Made by a program: the position numbers and the translations under genes. A stretch of 32,019 nt of DNA from a virus. Position 1 is the stretch's first letter; every line of letters begins with the position of its first letter. The DNA lies in the IMG/VR virus record IMGVR_UViG_3300035670_000871. One strand, written 5' to 3'. This document shows, piece after piece, positions 22,818-31,815 of the stretch. The notes beneath the pieces are model-generated. The model did no database searches. It had not been told where the DNA came from and was given only the letters and a program-made list of their open reading frames with translations.

Positions 22818-23257
22818 TGGCTCACGGTCGCAAAGCGATTAGAGATCGAGTCGTGACGGTTTGTACAGGTTTGACAACGACAAGCACGAGAGTTCATAAA
22901 TCGAGGTTGTATCCTCTTGCAAGTGGCAAGTTGCCAGCCTTAGCGATTTATGCACTTTCTGAGGTAAGCGAAGCGGTCACGATTGGATCGCCAAAGTATC
23001 ATCGAAATTTAGATATTGCGATTGATGCGATGGCTGAGGCAAATACCAATGTTGATGACACGCTCGATCTTATCTGCGAGGAAGTAGAAACGGCGATCGG
23101 TGCAGATCGGACCCTAAATGGTTTATGCAAGGAAGCAACGCTTGTCTCAACAGACATCGAGCTTTCTGGCGAAGGTGAGAAACCCGTTGGGATTGCTCGA
23201 TTGGTTTATCGAGTGACCTATCGGACTGCGGTTACAAACGCGACAGCCACGACATAA
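22817..23257 (+). CDS. Neck / tail-terminator-type protein
   Basis: 146 aa, lies between the adaptor and the tube protein. The assignment is mainly positional. Confidence 0.35.
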   Translation: MAHGRKAIRDRVVTVCTGLTTTSTRVHKSRLYPLASGKLPALAIYALSEVSEAVTIGSPKYHRNLDIAIDAMAEANTNVDDTLDLICEEVETAIGADRTLNGLCKEATLVSTDIELSGEGEKPVGIARLVYRVTYRTAVTNATATT

Positions 23258-23268
23258 GGAGTTTTGAA

Positions 23269-23661
23269 ATGGCTACACATACTGGCTCAGAAGGCACAGT
23301 GAAGATCGGGGCGAATGCGATTGCTGAGATTCGCTCTTATACGATTGATGAGACGGGCGACACCATCGAGGACACCACGATGGGCGATACTGCTCGGACC
23401 TACAAAGCAGGGTTGAAGGACTTTACAGGCTCTGTGGACGTTTATTGGGACGAGACTGACACGACAGGTCAAGGTGGTTGCACAGTCGGCAGCTCGATCA
23501 CTTTGAACGTCTATCCTGAAGGCGCATCAACTGGTGACGTTTACTACACAGGCACAGCTCTCGTGACTGGCTTTAGCGTGACTGGATCATTTGATGGCAT
23601 GGTCGAAGCATCAATCACCTTCCAGGGTACTGGTGGATTGACTAAATCGACTGCGAGCTAA
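23269..23661 (+). CDS. Major tail (tube) protein
   Basis: AAGGAG RBS. 130 aa, beta-rich (GTVKIG...IAEIRSYTIDETGDTIEDTTMGD...GSVDVYWDE...GFSVTGSFDGMVEASITFQGTG), like the small TP901-1/GTA-type tail tube proteins. Precedes the chaperone and tape-measure genes. Confidence 0.65.
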   Translation: MATHTGSEGTVKIGANAIAEIRSYTIDETGDTIEDTTMGDTARTYKAGLKDFTGSVDVYWDETDTTGQGGCTVGSSITLNVYPEGASTGDVYYTGTALVTGFSVTGSFDGMVEASITFQGTGGLTKSTAS

Positions 23662-23664
23662 GGC

Positions 23665-23994
23665 ATGAAAGCGATCGACAGAGCAGTCGAGCATTTCAAG
23701 TCAAAGCCAGTTAAGCGCATAGAGGTTCCAGAGTGGGGTGACGATTCTGGACCTCTTGTCATTTTTGCCAATCCGATCACGCTAAGAGAGCAAAGCAAGC
23801 TCAGTAAGATCGAAGGTGGCGATGCGGAGATGCTGATCGAAGTGTTGGTCATGAAGTCTGAGGACGGGCAAGGCAACAAGCTCTTTACGATCGAGGACAA
23901 GCCAAAGATCAGATCGTCTGTTGATCCAACCTTAGTGGCAAAGATCGTCAGCCAGATCATGTCGCAGTCACAGGAGAGCCTCGAAAAAAACTGA
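23665..23994 (+). CDS. Tail assembly chaperone (gpG-like)
   Basis: Lies between the tube and tape-measure genes. Ends in the slippery run A AAA AAC at 23985-23991, immediately before its TGA. Confidence 0.6.
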   Translation: MKAIDRAVEHFKSKPVKRIEVPEWGDDSGPLVIFANPITLREQSKLSKIEGGDAEMLIEVLVMKSEDGQGNKLFTIEDKPKIRSSVDPTLVAKIVSQIMSQSQESLEKN

Positions 23995-24194
23995 GGGAGA
24001 CTCCCGAACGACAGCTCAAATTCGTCTTGGCAGAAAAACTTTCCATGACGGTCGATGAGCTTGAAGATAAAATGTCGTTTGAGGAGTTCCTAGAATGGTC
24101 GTGCTGGCTCAAGATACAGTCGGAGAAATCGCAACATGGCAGCAGCCCTAAATTTTCCGATCACAGCAGACGATCAAACAAAGGCGGCATTTGA
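23665..24194 (+). CDS. Tail assembly chaperone, putative -1 frameshift product (gpGT-like)
   Basis: The -1 frame is open from the slippery site to the TGA at 24192-24194 (67 codons: KKLRETPERQLKFVLAEKLSMTVDELEDKMSFEEFLEWSCWLKIQ...). No ORF of 60 aa or more otherwise explains 23995-24135. Confidence 0.5.
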
Positions 24195-25923
24195 GAGTGT
24201 TCGTCGCAATCTAGATCAAATCCGCAAGTCTGCTGAGGATGTCCAAGGTGGATTTGCTGGATTCAAAGCAGCTGCGGTCGGTGCAATTGCTGCAATTTCC
24301 TTCGGTGCAGTCATTAGTGGCATTCGAGGGCTCATCAACGAATTCGATGATCTACTTGACCAGGCTGAGCAAGTTGGGGTCGCTGCGGAGCGATTTCAGG
24401 CTTTAGCGGTTGGGGCAGAGCTCTCTGGTGCAAAGGCTGAAGATCTAAAGGCAGCTCTCACAAAGGTCGCTCAGAATGCTTTTGATGCGGCATCAGGCAA
24501 CGAAACGCTTGCAGAGCAATTCCGAGCAATGGGAGTCGCGGTTGTTGATTCATCTGGCAAGCTGCGAGACACTGAGTCAATCTTTCTTGATCTTGTCGAT
24601 CAGATCTCAAGGCTTGATGATGGCATTGCCAAGACTGGGATCGGCATTGATCTTATTGGCAAGAGCTTCACAAAATTCACCAACGGTGCTGCGGACATTC
24701 GGGCTGCTGCCGACGAAGCTAATCGGCTGAACCTGGTTGTTTCTGAGGCGACACAGAATGTCTTTGCCAAGTTCAATGACACGCTATTTATTGTTGCCAG
24801 GCAGATCAAATCGTTGATCGCTGAGGCTATTGCTCCTGCTGTCAAATGGTTTACAAGCCTGCTTGAGAAGGTCAAAAACTTTTTCTCGATTGGCAAAGCT
24901 GGCGGCGACAAGATCAAAGAGATGGCAGATGCTAATCGTGACGCTGCTTCAGCTGCTCAAGAACATGCTACAAGCCTGCAAGCAGTAAACAAGGCGACAA
25001 GCTCATTGCCTGCACCGATCGCCAAGACATCGAGCATGATTGCTGCTCAAAAGAAGGCATCAGAGGAGCTTGCAAAGACCCTTAGAGATGTCGAATCGGT
25101 CACTTCTGATGTCGTCTACAAGATTGCAGAGCAAACGGAGAAAGCCTTAGATCAAGACGTAAAAGAGGTGCTCAAGCAATTTGGTGAGGATTCCAAAGAG
25201 GCTCTCAAGAAATATCAATTGGCGCAAGATGCTGCGAGTGAGGAGTTGGCTTATTGGCGCAAAGAGACTGAAGCGGTCCGAACACCAATGGAGCAATTCA
25301 ACGATCGCATGGAAATCTTGAATGACGCATTGCAGCGCGGTTTGATTTCTTTCCAGGCTTATGAAGGACTGAGCGGCAAAGCATTTGAGACATTCAGCAA
25401 AGCAATCGAAGCACCAAAAGACGGTCTCGAAGAAATCAGGGCATTGCTAGACAAGACGGGCGAATCTTTTACCCAAACATTTACTGAAATGCTCATGACC
25501 GGCAAGGCATCGTTTAAGTCGTTGGTTGATTCGATCATCAGTGACCTGCTTCGGTTGTATATCAAACAGAAAATCACTGTGCCTTTGTTTGATGCACTTA
25601 AAACAATCGACTTTGGATCTATCTTGCCTGGTCGAGCTGTTGGCGGTCCTGTAAAGGGTGGTCGTCCTTATATGGTTGGCGAAAAAGGACCGGAGCTCTT
25701 TGTGCCAGGCGCATCAGGATCAATTGTCAGAAACCAAGACGTTTCGGCTGGCAGCGGTGGTGGTGATGTCATCATCAACCAGACTTTGCAAATCACGACT
25801 GGGGTGCAATCAACGGTCAGAGCAGAGATCGCACAGCTCATGCCACAGATCGCCAATGTCACAAAAGCTGCCATTGTTGATGCTCGTGCTCGTGGTGGAT
25901 CGTTTGCAGCAGCACTGAGGTAA
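24136..25923 (+). CDS. Tape measure protein
   Basis: 595 aa, Ala/Lys/Glu-rich and helical, with a hydrophobic stretch AAVGAIAAISFGAVISGI. In the canonical position after the G/GT pair. Confidence 0.8.
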   Translation: MAAALNFPITADDQTKAAFESVRRNLDQIRKSAEDVQGGFAGFKAAAVGAIAAISFGAVISGIRGLINEFDDLLDQAEQVGVAAERFQALAVGAELSGAKAEDLKAALTKVAQNAFDAASGNETLAEQFRAMGVAVVDSSGKLRDTESIFLDLVDQISRLDDGIAKTGIGIDLIGKSFTKFTNGAADIRAAADEANRLNLVVSEATQNVFAKFNDTLFIVARQIKSLIAEAIAPAVKWFTSLLEKVKNFFSIGKAGGDKIKEMADANRDAASAAQEHATSLQAVNKATSSLPAPIAKTSSMIAAQKKASEELAKTLRDVESVTSDVVYKIAEQTEKALDQDVKEVLKQFGEDSKEALKKYQLAQDAASEELAYWRKETEAVRTPMEQFNDRMEILNDALQRGLISFQAYEGLSGKAFETFSKAIEAPKDGLEEIRALLDKTGESFTQTFTEMLMTGKASFKSLVDSIISDLLRLYIKQKITVPLFDALKTIDFGSILPGRAVGGPVKGGRPYMVGEKGPELFVPGASGSIVRNQDVSAGSGGGDVIINQTLQITTGVQSTVRAEIAQLMPQIANVTKAAIVDARARGGSFAAALR

Positions 25924-25925
25924 TC

Positions 25926-26546
25926 ATGGCAATCACTTACCCTTTAACCTTCCCTGCAAGCCCTGGAATTGCCAGGCTTAGGATTACCCCTAGATCGGTC
26001 GTGTCAGTGTCACAAAGCCCGTTTACAGGCCAGCAGCAGGTCTATAAACATCAGGGCCAATGGTGGGAAGCTGAGGTCACCTTGCCTGCTATGTCTCGTG
26101 CTGAAGCTGAAGTCATCATCGCTTTTCTTCTTTCTTTGGATGGGCGTTATGGAACATTCATTATGGGTGACCCTATCGGCGCGGCTCCGAGGGGCATTGG
26201 AACGGGTACACCATTGGTTAACGGCGGTTCGCAGACGGGCCAAGATCTTGTTACGGATGGCTGGACGGCGAATCAAACGGGCATTTTAAAGGCTGGCGAT
26301 TGGGTGCAAATAGGCACAGGATCGGCAACAAAGTTGCATAAAGTCTTGGTTGATGCAGACAGCAATGGCAGTGGACAATCGACTTTGACTTTATTCCCAA
26401 AGCTCAGAAGCTCACCAACTGACAACCAGGCAATCTATGTGAACAATACAAAAGGGCTTTGGCGGCTTGCTAGCAACGAAATGCCTTACGACATCGACGA
26501 AGCAAGCATTTACGGCATCACCTTTGCCTGTGTTGAGGCGATATGA
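25926..26546 (+). CDS. Minor tail protein (distal tail protein candidate)
   Basis: First gene after the tape measure and coupled to the next gene (ATGA). The assignment is positional. Confidence 0.4.
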   Translation: MAITYPLTFPASPGIARLRITPRSVVSVSQSPFTGQQQVYKHQGQWWEAEVTLPAMSRAEAEVIIAFLLSLDGRYGTFIMGDPIGAAPRGIGTGTPLVNGGSQTGQDLVTDGWTANQTGILKAGDWVQIGTGSATKLHKVLVDADSNGSGQSTLTLFPKLRSSPTDNQAIYVNNTKGLWRLASNEMPYDIDEASIYGITFACVEAI

Positions 26547-27172
26547 GTCGCGGTCTTACAGCTGGCGCACTTGCTCAGATCGCAGCGACCGAGCTGCAAC
26601 CGATTCTTTTATTTCAAGCTGAGTTTCAGTCGGGCACGATTTATATCTGGAATGGTATTGGCGATCTAAGTTGGAATTCGCAGACCTGGACAGGTGTTGG
26701 CACTTTTATGAGCTTTTCTGACATTGAGGAAAGCACAGAAGTGAAGGCAGTTGGTGCGACCATTACGCTCAACGGCATTCCTAGCGATTTAGTGTCAACA
26801 GCTTTATCTGATGTCCGACAAAACAAGCCTGGCAAGCTCTATCTTGGCTTTTTATCTTCGGGCTCTATCGTTTCTGATCCTTATCTCATCTTCGCTGGCA
26901 GGCTGGATGTTGTTCATCTCGATGAGTCATCAGAAGGATCAACAATCTCTTTGCAATACGAATCGAGGCTGATTGATCTTTCTAGGCCCAGAGTTTTTCG
27001 ATATACCCCAGAAGATCAAGAGCGAGAGTTTGCAGGCGATTTAGGCATGGAGTTTGTCCCAGCATTGCAAGACAAAAAGGTGACCTGGGGACGTGTAAGC
27101 AATGCTGTTCCATCAGGAGCTGGGTCAGGTGGCGCACCTCCTGTCGATGAACAACAAACAACAGGGATGTAA
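26543..27172 (+). CDS. Minor tail / tail-tip hub protein (DUF2163-like N-terminus)
   Basis: LQPILLFQAEFQSGTIYIWNGIGDLSWNSQTWTGVG...TITLNGI resembles the conserved start of the tail-tip proteins that precede J-like proteins. Confidence 0.4.
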   Translation: MSRGLTAGALAQIAATELQPILLFQAEFQSGTIYIWNGIGDLSWNSQTWTGVGTFMSFSDIEESTEVKAVGATITLNGIPSDLVSTALSDVRQNKPGKLYLGFLSSGSIVSDPYLIFAGRLDVVHLDESSEGSTISLQYESRLIDLSRPRVFRYTPEDQEREFAGDLGMEFVPALQDKKVTWGRVSNAVPSGAGSGGAPPVDEQQTTGM

Positions 27173-30100
27173 TGGGCTTTCTTGAAATCATCTTAGCAAT
27201 TGCGAGCATGGCTGCTGGAGAGGCGGCTGTTAGTTATTTCGCGATAACTTCTGCTTGGCAAGCTGCTGCGGTTCGCTTTGCTGTCGCTCTTGCGATCTCG
27301 ACTGCATCTAGAAACTTAGTTACTCGCAAATCATTCCAAAGCGAAGCTGAGGGCAGGATCATCACGACTAAGGAGCCTTTGGCGGCCGCTAAAGTGATTT
27401 ATGGTCGGGTGAGAGTCGGCGGCACGATTGTCTACATGGAGACCACTAGCAGCTCCAACGAATATTTGCACATGGTGATCGTCCTTGCTGGTCACGAGGT
27501 TCACGCGATTGATGACATCTACTTTGATGATGAGCTCGTTCCTTTAGACGGATCTGGCAATGCAACTGGCACTTTTGCTGATCTTGTAAGAATCAAGAAA
27601 GCTCTCGGCACTGATGCACAAACAGCCTTTAGCGATCTGGTGTCTGAGTCTGATTCGCTTTGGACAAGCAATCATCGACTGAGAGGTCGCGCTGCAATCT
27701 ATGTGAGGCTCAAATACAACCAGGACAAGTTTCCCAACGGTGTCCCTAATATCACAGCCATTGTCAGAGGCAAGAAGGTTTACGACCCAAGGACCACGAC
27801 GACTGCTTACAGCACAAATCCTGCTCTGATCGTTGCTGATTACCTTTGCAACACCAGATATGGACTTGGCGCGACTTATGCCACAGAGATCGACGAAACA
27901 GCTCTGACAGCTGCTGCAAACATTTGCGACCAGGATGTCACGCTCGATGCTGGCGGCACTGAAGATCGCTACACAGCAAACGGATCATTTGACACGACTG
28001 AAGTGCCAGAGAAGGTGCTTGCTGAGCTTTGCAGCGCAATGGCAGGTCATGTCACCTATGTTGGCGGCAAATGGTCGATTCTTGCAGGAGCCTATAGATC
28101 ACCATCAATCACGCTTGACGAAGATGACTTGCGAGCAGGCTTTAAGGTGCAAACCTTGGTTTCTCGCAGAGATCAATTCAACTCAGTCAAAGGTGTTTTT
28201 AGCTCACCAGACAACCTTTGGCAGCCAACGGATTTCCCGTCCTATTCTTCTGCTACTTTTGTATCAGAGGACAATAGCGAGACGGTTTACAGAGATATTT
28301 CGCTCCCCTATACGACCAGTGCAGCCACAGCGCAGCGTTTAGCGAAGATTGAGCTTTACAAGGCTCGTGAGCAGCTGTCGATGACTTTGCCTTGCAAGCT
28401 CACTGCTTATGGGGTCCAAGTTGGTGATGTGGTCAATGTAACCAATACCAGGATGGGCTGGTCTGCCAAGGCTTTCGAGGTTGTAGGCACAAAACTTGTT
28501 TTTGATCTCGATGCTGGCTTTGGTGTTGATCTTGATCTTAGAGAAACGAATTCAAGCATCTACTCTTGGGATGAAGCAACCGAAGAGCAAGAGTTTGTGC
28601 AGGCTCCGAATACCAACTTGCCAAACCCAAGATCTGTTCCTGCTCCTACAGCTCTGACGCTCACTGAGGTCAAAGTTCTTCTCAATGATGGAACCCTTGC
28701 CAATGGCATTCGAGTTAGTTGGACAGCTCCGAGCGATTATTTTGTCAAGGAATATGAGGTCCAATACATCAGGACTGGTGGGGCGATCGACTATGGGCTC
28801 ATCAGCCAGGCTGCAACTTCCTCACAGTCATTTGGCGACATCACTGCAAGCGCAACCGCTACGTTGAATTATGGGTCGATCTCAGATGTCATCATTTCTG
28901 GCGAGCCTGAATTCAACAGCGGCACGACAACAACAACGCAGCTGACGATCGCTCCAGTCATCCAGGCTGTCGAATATACGGTCAAGGTCCGATCGGTTTC
29001 TCATTTGGCAGTGAGATCTGCCTTTGTGCAAGACACGATCACCACAGGCGGCGATACAACGGCTCCTGCTGCACCATCACTTATCACGGCAACCGGCAAG
29101 ATCAGGTCAATTGTTTTGAATTGGGAAAACCCATCTGATCTTGATTTTGATTCGGTGGAAGTATTTAGAAACACGACCAACAGCGTTAATTCTGCGACCA
29201 AGGTTGCTCAGATTGCTGCTGACAATTGGACCGACACAAATCTTGATAGTGATGTCACGCGCTATTACTGGCTGCGATCGGTCGACATGTCTGGCAATCG
29301 CTCGGCATTCAGCTCTTCAGTCAATGCAACGACTCAAACGATTGTTTCTGCTGATTTCAGTGCTGAGGTGCTTAATCTCTTTGCTGAGGCTGGGGCTTAT
29401 GGGATTGAGCCTGTCGCATCATTGCCAGCAAGTGGAGATTTTGTCGGGCAGATCAAGTTTGATACGACTGCGGTTGCTCTCTATCGTTGGACGGGATCAG
29501 CCTGGGACGATGACATTTTTAGCATCACGACAGGATCTGTTACCGCAAGTGCTTTTGCTGCTGGCATCGAACCTATTTCAGTCGTCAGCTCTTTGCCAAG
29601 CGCATCAGGTTACACAGGCCCGAAGGTTGTTTTTCTGACCACAGATGGCAAGCTCTATCGTTATGCTTCTGGGGCGTGGACAACTGCGGTGCTCACCTCG
29701 GATCTTTCTGGGACGCTTGCATCTTCGCAATTCAGCAACAGCCTGAGGCCTGTCGAGGTTGTTTCGTCATTACCAAGCAGCTCCAACTTCCAGGGGCGCA
29801 CAGTTTTTCTCACGACCGACAACAAGATATATCGGCATGATGGGACAAACTGGACTGCTGCGGTCCCAGCTTCAGATCTATCAGGCACTGTTTCTGATGC
29901 ACAGATCGCTGGCCTGGCGGCTGCGAAGATCACCGGCACACTAACCAATTCCCAGATCGCTGATGTCGCAGCTGCAAAGATCACTGGATCTATTGTCGGA
30001 ACCCAGATCACAGATGGCGCAATCTCAACAGCAAAGCTCGCAGCAGGATCGGTGACTACTGCCAAAGTTGCAGCTGGAGCAATTTCAGCAGATGAGATTG

Positions 30101-31815
30101 CAGCCAACGCAATCACAGCGGTCAAGATTTCTTCGGGTGCAGTGGAAACGGCAAAGATTGCAGCAGGAGCGATCGAGGCTAGCAAGATTGCATCCAGTGC
30201 GATCACGACCGACAAACTTGCAGCCAATGCGGTGACGACCGAAAAGATTACAAGCAATGCGATCACCACAGGGCTTCTGGCTGCGGGGGCTGTGACTTCG
30301 GACATTCTTGCAAGCAACTCGATCATCGCTGGCAAGATTGCTGCTGGGGCTATCAACTCATCGAGCTTGTTTGTAAGTGGGGTGATTACCTCTTCTCATA
30401 TCCAGGCAGGCACGATACAAGGCGACAGGATTGCTGCTAATACGATCACTGGTGGTCTTATTGCTGCAAGCGGGATTATCACCTCGGCTGCACAGATCAA
30501 TGATGCGGTGGTGACGAATGCAAAAGTAACCAGCTTGTATTCGAGCGATTACAACGGACCTATTCCACCATCGAGCAGCAACTTTGGGACTGCTGGTTGG
30601 TATCTCGACAAGTCGGGCAGTTTCTACGGCAATTCGGTCTATCTGCGAGGTCAGCTTGTTAGCGGCACTTCAGGAGCGCAGCGAGTAGAAATCAACAAGA
30701 CACTCGCAAACAAGCTAGCGGTCTACAACAGCTCAAACACGCTTATCGGGGCCATAGGTGGCTCTGGAGTCTTTGGCGATGCAGTCATTCAGTCTTATCC
30801 GCAAATCGTCAGCGGATCGTTTCAGGGTGCTTATATCGAGACTCCGAGTTATACGGGCTCGACGAATTATGGGTATGGTCTTTATGCAAGGACAGCCGAT
30901 GGAGAGGTTGATTCCTATGTTAATTACTGGGACAGCTCTATCGGTTTAAGAGCTGCGGTTGCAGGCACTATTAGTGTTGGCGCAGCTCTCAGATCTGGAG
31001 TGCATGGCTATCGTGACTCTAGCTATTCCGCTGGTGGTCGTTTTTATGATGGCAGCGCTGGAACCCTTGTCACGCTTGCTGATAGCAGTGGCTATGCCTT
31101 AAACATTCGATCTGGGCAACTAAGGTATGGATCAACCACCATACAAGCTCCAAGCGGATCATCAGGCGATTTCTTGCGTGGCAATGGTTCTTATAGTGCC
31201 TTATCAGCCTCAGACATTCCGAATATTTCCGGCAATAAGATTACATCTGGTTTGGTTGACTGGGGTTATGTCGCAGGCTTTAAGAACGGATCGAGTCAAG
31301 TCAGAGGCATTGCAGGCACTGGATCAACAGCGACTTTACAAGCGTTTTTAGGATCAGAGACTACCGACACGACCTCTGGGAACATGGTTTATTACACCGA
31401 GGCTGGGGGCTACTTCGGTGGGGTCTATATAAACCAACGTGGAACAACAGCGACCTGGAGCGCACTTTATTCAGACGCTCGAATGAAGGATGTGCTTGGT
31501 CAAATACCGATTGCAGACCCTTTAGAAACGCTGAAAAAAATTGGCAATCCTGTGATCTGGAAATGGAACCATGAGGCATCTAGCGAGGTCTGGGGCTATA
31601 CAGCACAGCAGATCGGACAAGGGCTTCCTGATGCTGTGATAGAGGCTCCAAGAACACCGAGAGGCGACTATCAGCTCGTGCCTGGCACAGAAGAACGGGT
31701 GCTGACTTTTGATAACACCAAGTTTCAGATGCTTAAGGACATGGCTTTGATTTCGCTTATTGAGAAGATCGAGATGCTTGAGGCTAAGATCGCTGCGCTG
31801 GAGGCTAGATCATGA
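27172..31815 (+). CDS. Host-specificity (gpJ-like) central tail fibre protein with FN3 domains, repeat arrays and a C-terminal S74 intramolecular chaperone
   Basis: KVIYGRVRVGGTIVYMETTSSSNEYLHMVIVLAGHEVHAIDDIYFDDE is a Phage-tail_3/gpJ-type block. FN3-like segments include IRVSWTAPSD...YEVQY and IVLNWENPSDLDFDSVEVFR...YYWLRSVDMSGN. The C-terminus SDARMKDVLG...WGYTAQQIGQGLPDAV...LIEKIEMLEAKIAALE is the S74 auto-cleaving chaperone pattern. Confidence 0.85.
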   Translation: MGFLEIILAIASMAAGEAAVSYFAITSAWQAAAVRFAVALAISTASRNLVTRKSFQSEAEGRIITTKEPLAAAKVIYGRVRVGGTIVYMETTSSSNEYLHMVIVLAGHEVHAIDDIYFDDELVPLDGSGNATGTFADLVRIKKALGTDAQTAFSDLVSESDSLWTSNHRLRGRAAIYVRLKYNQDKFPNGVPNITAIVRGKKVYDPRTTTTAYSTNPALIVADYLCNTRYGLGATYATEIDETALTAAANICDQDVTLDAGGTEDRYTANGSFDTTEVPEKVLAELCSAMAGHVTYVGGKWSILAGAYRSPSITLDEDDLRAGFKVQTLVSRRDQFNSVKGVFSSPDNLWQPTDFPSYSSATFVSEDNSETVYRDISLPYTTSAATAQRLAKIELYKAREQLSMTLPCKLTAYGVQVGDVVNVTNTRMGWSAKAFEVVGTKLVFDLDAGFGVDLDLRETNSSIYSWDEATEEQEFVQAPNTNLPNPRSVPAPTALTLTEVKVLLNDGTLANGIRVSWTAPSDYFVKEYEVQYIRTGGAIDYGLISQAATSSQSFGDITASATATLNYGSISDVIISGEPEFNSGTTTTTQLTIAPVIQAVEYTVKVRSVSHLAVRSAFVQDTITTGGDTTAPAAPSLITATGKIRSIVLNWENPSDLDFDSVEVFRNTTNSVNSATKVAQIAADNWTDTNLDSDVTRYYWLRSVDMSGNRSAFSSSVNATTQTIVSADFSAEVLNLFAEAGAYGIEPVASLPASGDFVGQIKFDTTAVALYRWTGSAWDDDIFSITTGSVTASAFAAGIEPISVVSSLPSASGYTGPKVVFLTTDGKLYRYASGAWTTAVLTSDLSGTLASSQFSNSLRPVEVVSSLPSSSNFQGRTVFLTTDNKIYRHDGTNWTAAVPASDLSGTVSDAQIAGLAAAKITGTLTNSQIADVAAAKITGSIVGTQITDGAISTAKLAAGSVTTAKVAAGAISADEIAANAITAVKISSGAVETAKIAAGAIEASKIASSAITTDKLAANAVTTEKITSNAITTGLLAAGAVTSDILASNSIIAGKIAAGAINSSSLFVSGVITSSHIQAGTIQGDRIAANTITGGLIAASGIITSAAQINDAVVTNAKVTSLYSSDYNGPIPPSSSNFGTAGWYLDKSGSFYGNSVYLRGQLVSGTSGAQRVEINKTLANKLAVYNSSNTLIGAIGGSGVFGDAVIQSYPQIVSGSFQGAYIETPSYTGSTNYGYGLYARTADGEVDSYVNYWDSSIGLRAAVAGTISVGAALRSGVHGYRDSSYSAGGRFYDGSAGTLVTLADSSGYALNIRSGQLRYGSTTIQAPSGSSGDFLRGNGSYSALSASDIPNISGNKITSGLVDWGYVAGFKNGSSQVRGIAGTGSTATLQAFLGSETTDTTSGNMVYYTEAGGYFGGVYINQRGTTATWSALYSDARMKDVLGQIPIADPLETLKKIGNPVIWKWNHEASSEVWGYTAQQIGQGLPDAVIEAPRTPRGDYQLVPGTEERVLTFDNTKFQMLKDMALISLIEKIEMLEAKIAALEARS
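29392..29889 (+). repeat. Three tandem coding modules of about 50 aa inside the J-like gene
   Basis: IEPVASLPASGDFVGQIKFDTTAVALYRWTGSAWDDD / IEPISVVSSLPSASGYTGPKVVFLTTDGKLYRYASGAWTTAV / LRPVEVVSSLPSSSNFQGRTVFLTTDNKIYRHDGTNWTAAV. Confidence 0.7.
30019..30534 (+). repeat. About 17 tandem 30-bp (decapeptide) coding repeats inside the J-like gene
   Basis: AISTAKLAAG SVTTAKVAAG AISADEIAAN AITAVKISSG AVETAKIAAG AIEASKIASS AITTDKLAAN AVTTEKITSN AITTGLLAAG AVTSDILASN SIIAGKIAAG ... Two of the units are 11 aa long. Confidence 0.8.

Noticed and set aside
29661-30356. A 231-aa antisense ORF, Ala/Ile/Val-rich.
   Set aside because: It is the mirror image of the GCN/ATC-rich decapeptide repeat array in the J-like gene, so the stop-free reverse frame is a compositional artefact.
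27172-31815. I looked for a second VR (remote DGR target) in the J-like protein and the other tail genes.
   Set aside because: I saw no other stretch resembling the TR (no ...tcgaactgg.../...ggggctcgcggcgtgtgtgac... and no GARGVC-type peptide) in any listed translation. The eye-scan is not exhaustive, so a TR-versus-genome alignment allowing A mismatches should confirm it.
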